A stretch of DNA of 32,000 bases from assembly GCF_042660085.1 (NCBI RefSeq), contig NZ_JBHSTI010000002.1, forward strand, positions 30,001 to 62,000, written 5' to 3'. Positions 19,144 through 27,791 of this stretch are shown in pieces. Source of the DNA: Longivirga aurantiaca (lineage in GTDB: Bacteria; Actinomycetota; Actinomycetes; S36-B12; CAIYMF01). Position numbers and translations under genes: made by a program. The notes beneath the pieces are model-generated. The model made no database searches, was not told the origin of the DNA, and was given only the letters and a program-made list of their open reading frames with translations. How positions within the stretch are numbered: the stretch's first letter is position 1; each line of letters opens with the position of its first letter.

Positions 19144-19209
19144 GACGTTCCTCCCCTGAGCGGGTGCGACGCCGGTGCAACCACGTCACCACCGCCCGTA
19201 TGCCCGGCG

Positions 19210-19815
19210 TCAGGCGCGGGGGAGGGTGCCGGGGGTGAGCAGCGCGGCAGTGGCCATGCGGGTGAGGAGTTCGGCCATCTCGGCGCGGTCGATGCGGGCG
19301 CTGTGCGGTGTGGAGTTGATGAGGCCGAACGTCGCGTGCGCTGCCGACCGGGCGTGCTGCTCGTCGGTGCCGGGCACGGCGTCGCGGATCGCGCCGACCC
19401 AGATCTCGACGTACGCCCGCTGCAGCCGGCGCACCTCGCGCTGGTCGTCCTCGCCGAGGCTCGCGATGTCGCGGTTGTAGACGGTGATGAGCGCGGGCTG
19501 GCTGAGCGCGAACTCCACGTGCGCCTCGATGAGCGAGGGCAGCAGGTCGGACGGCGAGGCTGCGGCCCGGCGCCGCTGCGACCCCTCGGTGAGCAGCGAG
19601 CGGCTGATCCCGAGCAGCATCTCGCCGAGCACGGCGTCCTTGCTGGGGAAGTGGCGGTAGAGCGCGGGGCCGCTGATGCCGACGGCCGCGCCGATGTCGT
19701 TGATCGAGACGCCGTTGAAGCCGCGGTGGGCGAAGAGCTCGGCTGCCGTGGCGAGGATCTGCTCGCGGCGCGTGCCGGGCACGGCCGCATCCGGGGCCAC
19801 GGGCGTCGTCGTCAC
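19210..19815 (-). CDS. TetR family transcriptional regulator
   Basis: 201 aa; TRREQILATAAELFAHRGFNGVSINDIGAAVGISGPALYRHFPSKDAVLGEML HTH. Confidence 0.92.
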   Translation of the reverse strand: MTTTPVAPDAAVPGTRREQILATAAELFAHRGFNGVSINDIGAAVGISGPALYRHFPSKDAVLGEMLLGISRSLLTEGSQRRRAAASPSDLLPSLIEAHVEFALSQPALITVYNRDIASLGEDDQREVRRLQRAYVEIWVGAIRDAVPGTDEQHARSAAHATFGLINSTPHSARIDRAEMAELLTRMATAALLTPGTLPRA

Positions 19816-19897
19816 GTCGGCCAGGATAGACAGGCGCTGTTAACGTCTGATCACCGCACACTCCACCGATGCCCAGACCGATGCCGAGGTCGCTCCT

Positions 19898-20830
19898 ATG
19901 CGTGAGCCGCAGGTCGTCCCTCTCGACGGTCTGCCCGCGCGCGTCACTGTCTACGAGGTGGGCCCGCGCGACGGGCTGCAGAACGAGAAGGCGATCGTGC
20001 CCGTCGAGGTGAAGGCGGAGTTCGTGCGCCGCCTGGTCGCCTCCGGTCTCACCGCGGTCGAGACCACGAGCTTCGTGCACCCGACCTGGGTGCCGCAGCT
20101 GGCCGACGCCGAGGCCCTGCTCGCTGCGCTGCCGGCGTACGACGGGGTGCGCATGCCGGTGCTCGTGCCGAACGAGCGCGGTCTCGTACGTGCCCTCGAC
20201 GCCGGCGTGCGCGAGATCGCGGTGTTCGGCAGCGCGACCGAGACGTTCGCGCGGCGCAACCTCAACCGCACGGTGGCCGAGCAGTACGAGATGTTCGCGC
20301 CCGTGGTGGCGGCGTACCGCGAGCGCGACCTGCCGGTGCGCGCGTACGTGTCGATGTGCTTCGGCGACCCGTGGGAGGGCGACGTCCCGGTGCCGCAGGT
20401 GGTCGAGGTCTGCGCGCGGATGATGGCGCTCGGCGCCACCGAGCTGAGCCTCGGCGACACCATCGGCGTCGCGAACCCGGGGCACACCCGCGCGCTGCTG
20501 ACGGCGCTCGCCGAGGCCGGAGTCGACCTCGGCGCGGTGTCGGTGCACTTCCACGACACGTACGGCCAGGCGCTCGCGAACACGCTTGAGGCGCTGCGCT
20601 GCGGCGTCACCTCGGTCGACTCCTCGGCCGGCGGCCTGGGCGGCTGCCCGTACGCCGAGAGCGCGACCGGCAACCTCGCCACCGAGGACCTCGTGTGGAT
20701 GCTGCACGGCCTCGGGATCGAGACCGGCGTCGACCTGCCGGCGCTGGTGGCGACCAGCGTCTGGATGGCGGAGCAGCTCGGCCGCCCGAGCCCCAGCCGC
20801 ACCGTCGCCGCCCTCGCCCCGCGCGGCTGA
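19898..20830 (+). CDS. mvaB: Hydroxymethylglutaryl-CoA lyase
   Basis: 310 aa; [29 protein letters not shown]...[14 protein letters not shown]...[15 protein letters not shown]...[26 protein letters not shown]. Confidence 0.93.
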   Translation: MREPQVVPLDGLPARVTVYEVGPRDGLQNEKAIVPVEVKAEFVRRLVASGLTAVETTSFVHPTWVPQLADAEALLAALPAYDGVRMPVLVPNERGLVRALDAGVREIAVFGSATETFARRNLNRTVAEQYEMFAPVVAAYRERDLPVRAYVSMCFGDPWEGDVPVPQVVEVCARMMALGATELSLGDTIGVANPGHTRALLTALAEAGVDLGAVSVHFHDTYGQALANTLEALRCGVTSVDSSAGGLGGCPYAESATGNLATEDLVWMLHGLGIETGVDLPALVATSVWMAEQLGRPSPSRTVAALAPRG

Positions 20831-20886
20831 GCCACCTCCACGACGTACGGCGGGAGCGGCATCGGGCGGGCGATAGGCTCCGCGAC

Positions 20887-21780
<894 letters not shown>

Positions 21781-21857
21781 CCCCTCCCGCCGAGACCGAT
21801 CAACCCGTTGCTTCCGGTCCTGGTAAGCGACGGGATGATCAGTGTGAGCGCTCGGGG

Positions 21858-21930
21858 TTTCGATAGGGCGGTGGCCGACTTTCGGTGCGGCTGCTGGGTT
21901 CTTTCGATTCGTCGAGGGTGCGCTTTCGAT
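21858..21930 (+). repeat. Four TTTCGRT heptamers at exact 22-bp spacing
   Basis: TTTCGAT 21858-21864, TTTCGGT 21880-21886, TTTCGAT 21902-21908, TTTCGAT 21924-21930, in the purC-galE intergenic region. Confidence 0.75.
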
Positions 21931-21988
21931 CGGACGAGAGCTGGGCCGACGTACTCCGCAGCCGCGGATCACGGCCTAGGGTGGACCC

Positions 21989-22993
21989 ATGACGTGGGTT
22001 GTGACAGGCGGCGCTGGGTACATCGGATCGCACGTGGTGCGGGCTTTCGCGGACGAGGGCATCGACACGATCGTGCTCGACGACATGAACAGCGGGCGCG
22101 CGTCGTTCGTGCCGTCCGGTGTGGAGATCGTCAACGGCTCGATCACCGACCCCGTGCTGATGGCGGGTGTCCTCGGCCGTGAGGGCATCGAGGGCGTGGT
22201 GCACGTGGCCGCGCTGAAGTACGCCGGTGTCAGCGTGCGCGAGCCGCTCGACTCCTTCCGCGTCAACGTCGAGGGCACGCGCGTGCTGCTGCAGGCCTGC
22301 CTCGACTCCGGTGTGCGCAACGTCGTGTTCTCGAGCAGCGCCGCGGTGTTCGGCACGCCCGACACCGACCTCGTCACCGAGGAGACCCCGAAGAACCCCG
22401 AGTCGCCGTACGGCGAGAGCAAGCTCATCGGCGAGTGGATGCTGCGCGACGTCGCGCGCGCCGCCGAGCTCAACGGCGAGCCGCCGTTCCGCCACACCAG
22501 CCTGCGCTACTTCAACGTCGTCGGGTCCGGCGTCCCCACGGTGTACGACGCCAGCCCGCACAACCTGTTCCCGATCCTGCTGGCTGCCGTCACCGAGGGC
22601 CGCACGCCGACCGTCTTCGGCGAGGACTACAACACCCCGGACGGCTCCTGCGTCCGCGACTACATCCACGTGAGCGACGTCGCCTCGGCCCACGTGGCCG
22701 CCGCCCGGGCGCTCGCCGCCGGTTCGCCCGTGTCGCCGGCGTACAACCTCGGGCGCGGCGAGGGCGTCAGCGTCAAGGAGATCATCGGCGCGGTGGCCGA
22801 CGTGATCGGCCGCCCGGTGCCGTACGACGTCGGCGCGCGCCGCCCCGGCGACCCCGACCGCATCGTGACCTCGGGCGCCAAGGCCGAGGCCGAGCTCGGC
22901 TGGCAGGCCACCCGCGACCTGCGCGAGATGGTCGCGAGCGCCTGGGAGGCCTGGAACCTGGCCGCCGCCGAGGGCACCGCCCGCCTCGGCTAG
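21989..22993 (+). CDS. galE: UDP-glucose 4-epimerase (extended SDR)
   Basis: 334 aa; MTWVVTGGAGYIGSHVVRAFADEGIDTIVLDDMNSG...SSSAAVFG...SPYGESKLIGEWML...LRYFNVVG. Confidence 0.93.
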   Translation: MTWVVTGGAGYIGSHVVRAFADEGIDTIVLDDMNSGRASFVPSGVEIVNGSITDPVLMAGVLGREGIEGVVHVAALKYAGVSVREPLDSFRVNVEGTRVLLQACLDSGVRNVVFSSSAAVFGTPDTDLVTEETPKNPESPYGESKLIGEWMLRDVARAAELNGEPPFRHTSLRYFNVVGSGVPTVYDASPHNLFPILLAAVTEGRTPTVFGEDYNTPDGSCVRDYIHVSDVASAHVAAARALAAGSPVSPAYNLGRGEGVSVKEIIGAVADVIGRPVPYDVGARRPGDPDRIVTSGAKAEAELGWQATRDLREMVASAWEAWNLAAAEGTARLG

Positions 22994-23090
22994 TTGTACT
23001 GCCCGGGCAGGTTGGTGCAGGGCGACGCACGTGTGATGTGTGCTTGATCGGAGAAGGACCGCCTGGCGTAGCTACTGCGCGCGACAGGCG

Positions 23091-23471
23091 GAGGGTGCGC
23101 GGCCGGACATCGCGATCCTCGACGTCCGGCCCCCCGACCTCACGGCTTGAGAGGTCGTGCAGCGCACGGTGACCTCGTGCCCGGGAACGCGGATCGTCCT
23201 GCTTACGGCGCATGCGGACGGTGCCGCTGCCCATCTCGCTCCCACAGTGCGTGCAGCGTTCGCGGGTCGCCCTACTGATGCGCCGGAGTTCATGGGTAGC
23301 ACCCACGGCCCAGAGCCGACGACGACGTTGACACTGCGCCCGCGAGAGGTTCTTCGCCCTGTCGCCGCTGGCGAGACCAATCGCGAGATCGCGGCTGCCC
23401 GGGGGCTCACCACGATCACGATGAAGTCCTTCTGGCAGGAGGTGCTGCAGAAGCTCGGTGCCAGTGAGTGA
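23091..23471 (+). pseudogene. Decayed NarL/FixJ (LuxR-HTH) response regulator remnant
   Basis: Same frame: ...GARPDIAILDVRPPDLTA* (TGA 23148-23150) EVVQRTVTSCPGTRIVLLTAHADGAAAHLAPTVRAAF...LRPREVLRPVAAGETNREIAAARGLTTITMKSFWQEVLQKLGASE*. Receiver and LuxR-HTH signatures are recognisable, but with an internal stop and missing sequence. Confidence 0.7.
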
Positions 23472-23642
23472 GCAGAAGCCCTCCGCGCCACCCAGCAGCA
23501 TGGCCTCCCTCCGCAGTGGAGCTGCGAGCCGCGGCCTTCGGCGCCCCCCGCACAGGGTAGGTGCGCGGCCTTCCCGGCCCGGATGGCTCCGCTCACCCGC
23601 GACCCTTCGCCGACCCGCGGGTCTGACGGATGTGACGGGATC

Positions 23643-23671
23643 TTGACCGCCGCGGGCTGCTCACCTATGGT
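23643..23671 (+). promoter_or_regulatory. Sigma-A-like promoter for the monooxygenase operon
   Basis: TTGACC 23643-23648, 17-nt spacer, TATGGT 23666-23671. Confidence 0.6.
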
Positions 23672-23704
23672 TCTTCATAACAGAAGTAGTTCTGCTAGAG
23701 AGAA
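23671..23704. promoter_or_regulatory. Tandem dyad operator candidates TTCT-N7-AGAA (two copies, 19-bp offset)
   Basis: TTCTtcataacAGAA 23671-23685 and TTCTgctagagAGAA 23690-23704; the second extends to TAGTTCT/AGAACTA. Confidence 0.55.
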
Positions 23705-23736
23705 CTATGGCGAGAGCGTCGCGGAGAGGCATACAG

Positions 23737-25674
23737 ATGAGGTTCTCGGTCTTCCTGACCTGGCACGAGCTCGATCCAGCCTCGAATGGCGAGACGAACT
23801 ACGCGGATCACCTGGCGCAGGCGAAGCTGGCGGACAGCCTCGGCTACGACGGCATCTCCATGCCCGAGCATCCGCTCGTCCACATCGTCAAGTCCCCGAA
23901 CGCACTCATCAACGCAGTCGGGATCGGGCAGCACGTCCGGTGCGACGTCGCGGTCCACGTCCTGGTCCTGCCGCTCCACCATCCCCTCCAGCTGGCTGGG
24001 GACGTCGCCGCTGCCGACCATGCGCTGGACGGAAGGCTCGTGCTCGGCGTGGGTCGAGGTGCCTACAGGTACGAGTTCGACCGGTTCGGCGTCGACTTCA
24101 ACTCCTCTCGCGGTCGCTTCCTCGAGTCGCTGAACATCCTGGAGAAGATCTGGGAGCACCCCGACGGCGCTGTCTCGTACGACGGTGAGTTCTGGTCCTT
24201 CGACGACACCTACGTGTGGCCGCGCCCCATCTCGGAGCCACGTCCACCGATCTGGATCGCCGGTCAGACCGCTGCCACGATCGAGTGGGCCGTCGACAAT
24301 GGCTACAACGTTCTGAACGCCCTGATGCGTCGGCAGGACGCGATCGCGGAGGACGTGGCGGGTACCTTCCACAACCGGCGCGAGATGAACGGGCTGTCCA
24401 GGGACGAGGTCCAGCTCGGCATCTCCAGGCCCACCTTCATCACCAAGGACCCGGACCGCATCCGGAGGCGGATCGAGGAGGCGGGAACGCTCCACCAGAT
24501 CCACACCCACATGCACAACTTCACCGAGAATGCCGATCCGCGCTCCTACGTGGCGCCTAAGCCCGTGCCCGACATGCCGACCGCCGAGGACATTCGCACG
24601 GGCATGCTCCTGGGTTCTGGCGAGCAGATCCTCGAGCGCATCGAGCGCTATCACGAGCTGGGGATCGATGAGATCCACCTGGGTATGGGCTTCGGAGCGC
24701 CTCAGGCGGAGATCCTTGATTCCATCCAGGAATTCGCCGAGGACGTGATGGCTCCCTACCGGCGCAACCACGGGATTCCGGGCCCGGCGCCGCTGAGCGC
24801 TGTTGCTCGCGAGTCAGGTCGGGCCATGTCCACAGCCTTGGCACGCGAGATCATCTCGCTGCGCGCGGCCGAGCGGGGCACGGAGGCTGTGGCGACTGTC
24901 CGTGAGCCGGAGGCGTCCTTCGTCACCTCGAAGGCCTGGTTCAAGCTCCGCCTGCACAGCCGTGGTTCCGGACCCGCTCTCATGATTGTCCCGGATACCG
25001 GCCAGCAGGCGCGCGACGTCGAGGAGCTGGCGTCGCTTCTCGCTCAGGACCACAGGGTCTACGTCCTGGAGAGGCGTGGCCGAGGAGACAGCGAGGACGA
25101 AGCCACGACGTACGGACTCACGCGCGAGGCTGAGACGGATCTCGTCCAGACTCTCAACGCCTTGACCGAACCTGTGACGGTCATCGGGTTGGGCTACGGC
25201 GGCGCCTTGGCACTGCGCGCGTCGACGCTCACGCAGACGCCGATGAAGGGTCTCATCTTGTGGGACGGCGGATTCGAGCTGGACTCCGAGGCGAAGGCGC
25301 GGGTCGTGGCCGGCACCGAGCGTGTCGAGGCTGCCGTCGCAACGGGGGATACGCGGCTGGCCTATGAGGGCTACGTGATCCACCGCTCGCCGACGGCCCT
25401 GAGCATGGGTTCGCCTGACGCCCGTACGTCACGCACCATCGGCAGGGAACTGAGGGAGCTCGCCCTCTACTCCCCGCTCGACACGCAGGTCGCCAGGCTC
25501 AGGATGCCCATCGTGAGCATCGAGCGCGACGCCTCGCTCGCGGATGAGCATCGACGGGTTCTTCCCGACGCTCGCTTCGAGGTCATGACGAGCGATCACG
25601 CGGACCTCACTGCCTGCATCTCTGAACTGGCCCACGTGGTGAAGGCTCCCGACCTGGTCGGAGGGAACCGGTGA
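23737..25674 (+). CDS. Fusion protein: LLM-class flavin-dependent monooxygenase (N) plus alpha/beta-hydrolase-like domain (C)
   Basis: 645 aa from ATG 23737 (purine-rich RBS upstream; track start 23707 overlaps the dyad). N: MRFSVFLTWHELDPASNGETNYADHLAQAKLADSLGYDGISMPEHP...GRLVLGVGRGAYRYEFDRFGVDFNSSRGRFLESLNILEKIW. C: GSGPALMIVPDTGQQARDVEELASLLAQDHRVYVLERRGRGDSED...VIGLGYGGALALRAS. Confidence 0.85.
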   Translation: MRFSVFLTWHELDPASNGETNYADHLAQAKLADSLGYDGISMPEHPLVHIVKSPNALINAVGIGQHVRCDVAVHVLVLPLHHPLQLAGDVAAADHALDGRLVLGVGRGAYRYEFDRFGVDFNSSRGRFLESLNILEKIWEHPDGAVSYDGEFWSFDDTYVWPRPISEPRPPIWIAGQTAATIEWAVDNGYNVLNALMRRQDAIAEDVAGTFHNRREMNGLSRDEVQLGISRPTFITKDPDRIRRRIEEAGTLHQIHTHMHNFTENADPRSYVAPKPVPDMPTAEDIRTGMLLGSGEQILERIERYHELGIDEIHLGMGFGAPQAEILDSIQEFAEDVMAPYRRNHGIPGPAPLSAVARESGRAMSTALAREIISLRAAERGTEAVATVREPEASFVTSKAWFKLRLHSRGSGPALMIVPDTGQQARDVEELASLLAQDHRVYVLERRGRGDSEDEATTYGLTREAETDLVQTLNALTEPVTVIGLGYGGALALRASTLTQTPMKGLILWDGGFELDSEAKARVVAGTERVEAAVATGDTRLAYEGYVIHRSPTALSMGSPDARTSRTIGRELRELALYSPLDTQVARLRMPIVSIERDASLADEHRRVLPDARFEVMTSDHADLTACISELAHVVKAPDLVGGNR

Positions 25675-26216
25675 TGCCCCAGACCGCACAGGTGGCCGAC
25701 CTGGACGCGACGCGCCTCCGCGAGGTGTCCGCGGATGCGTACCGAGAAGTCATGGCCACCGTGCCCACGGCTATCTCGGTTCTAGCCGCTCGAACCCCTG
25801 AGGGGCGGCCAGTGGGCCTGCTGATTCAGGCAGTGGTGAGCTTGTCGGCCGACCCGCCACGGATCCTCGTCAGTGTCTCGGAGTCCTCCAGGACGCTGCC
25901 TCATCTGCTCCGCTGCGGCTTCTTCAGCGTCAACGTCCTGTCCCATGACGGGCTCGAGCTGTCCTCGCGCTTCGCCTCGAGGGCCGAGGACAAGTTCGCT
26001 GGTGTCGGCTGGGGGTCCAGCGGGCCGGGGCATGATGTGCCGATCCTCACCGATGGCGTGTCAGCCAGCATCGTGTGCGCCATCGAGGAGGTCCTGCCGC
26101 GTCATGATCATTCGATCATCATCGGGCAGGTCCTGGAGGCGCAGGGGTCGGAGAGAGAACCGCTCCTGTACCACGCCCGCGGGTTCCGTCAGTTGGCATC
26201 GCGCAGTAGCGGCTGA
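25674..26216 (+). CDS. Flavin reductase-like (FMN-binding) domain protein
   Basis: YREVMATVPTAISVLAARTPEGRPVGLLIQAVVSLSADPPRILVSVSESSRTLPHLLRCGFFSVNVLSHDGLELSSRFASR...KFAGVGW. ATG overlaps the previous TGA (GTGATG); GTG 25671 alternative. Confidence 0.88.
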   Translation: MPQTAQVADLDATRLREVSADAYREVMATVPTAISVLAARTPEGRPVGLLIQAVVSLSADPPRILVSVSESSRTLPHLLRCGFFSVNVLSHDGLELSSRFASRAEDKFAGVGWGSSGPGHDVPILTDGVSASIVCAIEEVLPRHDHSIIIGQVLEAQGSEREPLLYHARGFRQLASRSSG

Positions 26217-26241
26217 TCGGGCTCCGGCCGAGGCCCCGTGT

Positions 26242-27555
26242 TCACCCTGAGGGCGCCGCTGAGGCCCTTGCTGATTCCAGGGCCGTGCCGGCGGCAAACA
26301 GCGCACCTTCATGGAAGTAGTCGGCGACGAGCTGGATGCCCATGGGCAGGCCGCTCTCGTCGGATCCGAAGGGCACGGTCAATGCGGGGTGCCCAGTCAG
26401 GTTCCACGGTGAGCACAGGCGAACGTACCGATCGCGTATGCGACGGTCTGATGCCTTCTCAGTCATGAGCTCGAGCGTCGGGATCGCCGTGCTGGCCACA
26501 GTCGGCATGATGACGAAGTCGACGTTGGCCACAAGGGCGGAGAGCTCGGAGATGATCCTTCGACGTGACCTCTGCGCTCGCAGGTAGTCCACAGCAGAGA
26601 TAGAGGCACCCTCGGCGAGGTAGTCGCGCACGGCCTTTCCGGCCTGGTCGACGAGGGCCTGCTTGTCCTGGTGGGCGGCCGCGGCCTCGCTTGCGACGAT
26701 GATGAACCGAGTTGCGTCCACGCCCTCGAGAGCCACTTCGGGCAGGTCCACGAGTCGAGCTCCCCGATCCGCCAGGGCCTCGCCCGCCTGCCTCACCGCC
26801 TCGGCTATGGCAGGACTCACCCGTTCCGCGAACTGCCCCACGAGTATGGAGAAGCGCAGACCCTCGATCCCACGTGGGCTCGCGTAGCTCCTCGCGGCGA
26901 TCACTTCGAACACGCGTCGGACGTCGTCCACAGTCCGCCCGATGGGGCCCACGGTGTCCATGCTCCAGGCCAGTGCGTGCACACCCTCCGTAGGAACCAG
27001 TCCGTACGTTCCTTTCAGGCCGACCACGCCACACAGCGCCGACGGGATGCGAATGGAGCCCCCGGTGTCGGTTCCCAGTGCCACCGGGACGTCCCCCAGC
27101 GCCACCGTGGCGGCAGAACCGCCGCTCGATCCCCCTGCGATGCACCCGACGGCCCGTGGATTGGCAATCGTCCCGAAGTCGGGATTCTCGCCAGTCACCG
27201 CAAGGGCGAGCTGGTCGAGATTCGTGCGGCCCATGGTGATCGCTCCTGCCTGGCGCAGCCTGCGGACAACCAGGGCATCGCGGCGGGCGAGTGGTTGCCC
27301 GGCCCGAACCCCGGCCGTGGTGGGGTAGCCGGCCTCGTCAATGAGGTCCTTGATGGCGACCGGCACGCCGTGCAGCGGCCGCTCAGGATCTCCGTTCTCG
27401 GCAATGCGAACCTGCCGCTCGATGACAGCGTCGTCGATGCTGGTGTAGTGATTCGAGTCCCGGTGGTCGGCCATCCGCTGCCTGGAGGTTGCGACGACGT
27501 CTCCCACCGACATCCGCCCTTCCCGGATCCAGGCGGTGATGTCACTGATGGACAT
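26242..27555 (-). CDS. Amidase signature family protein
   Basis: 437 aa; VPVAIKDLIDEAG...GRTNLDQLALAVTGENPDFGTIANP...CIAGGSSGGSAATVALGDVPVALGTDTGGSIRIPSALCGVVGLKGTYG; Lys / cis-Ser / Ser motifs intact. Confidence 0.93.
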   Translation of the reverse strand: MSISDITAWIREGRMSVGDVVATSRQRMADHRDSNHYTSIDDAVIERQVRIAENGDPERPLHGVPVAIKDLIDEAGYPTTAGVRAGQPLARRDALVVRRLRQAGAITMGRTNLDQLALAVTGENPDFGTIANPRAVGCIAGGSSGGSAATVALGDVPVALGTDTGGSIRIPSALCGVVGLKGTYGLVPTEGVHALAWSMDTVGPIGRTVDDVRRVFEVIAARSYASPRGIEGLRFSILVGQFAERVSPAIAEAVRQAGEALADRGARLVDLPEVALEGVDATRFIIVASEAAAAHQDKQALVDQAGKAVRDYLAEGASISAVDYLRAQRSRRRIISELSALVANVDFVIMPTVASTAIPTLELMTEKASDRRIRDRYVRLCSPWNLTGHPALTVPFGSDESGLPMGIQLVADYFHEGALFAAGTALESARASAAPSG

Positions 27556-27719
27556 CAGGGCTTCCCGTCCAGGGGCAGAAGCTGATGGCGGGTTCCTCGG
27601 GCACCGCGGCCCCGCGCAGGTCGCGGATGGCTCCTTGCGCGCTGCTGGCGTCCGGCCAAGCCCCGGCCACGTCGCCCTGATCGTCGGCCGTAGACCCGCT
27701 CACCACACCCCAACAGTAG

Positions 27720-27743
27720 CAGAAGCCGTTCTGGTAGGCGGAA
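27720..27743. promoter_or_regulatory. Candidate operator in the amidase/amidohydrolase gap
   Basis: CAGAAGccGTTCTG 27720-27733, overlapping TTCT-N7-GGAA 27729-27743; a TAGGCT -10-like hexamer follows at 27751-27756. Confidence 0.35.
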
Positions 27744-27791
27744 ACTGCGTTAGGCTGAAGCACGGACCAGGCGACGTGAGGAATCCCCCGA

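Noticed and set aside
22999-23010. CTGCCCGGGCAG palindrome after galE
   Set aside because: No loop and no U-tract; expected frequently in GC-rich DNA.
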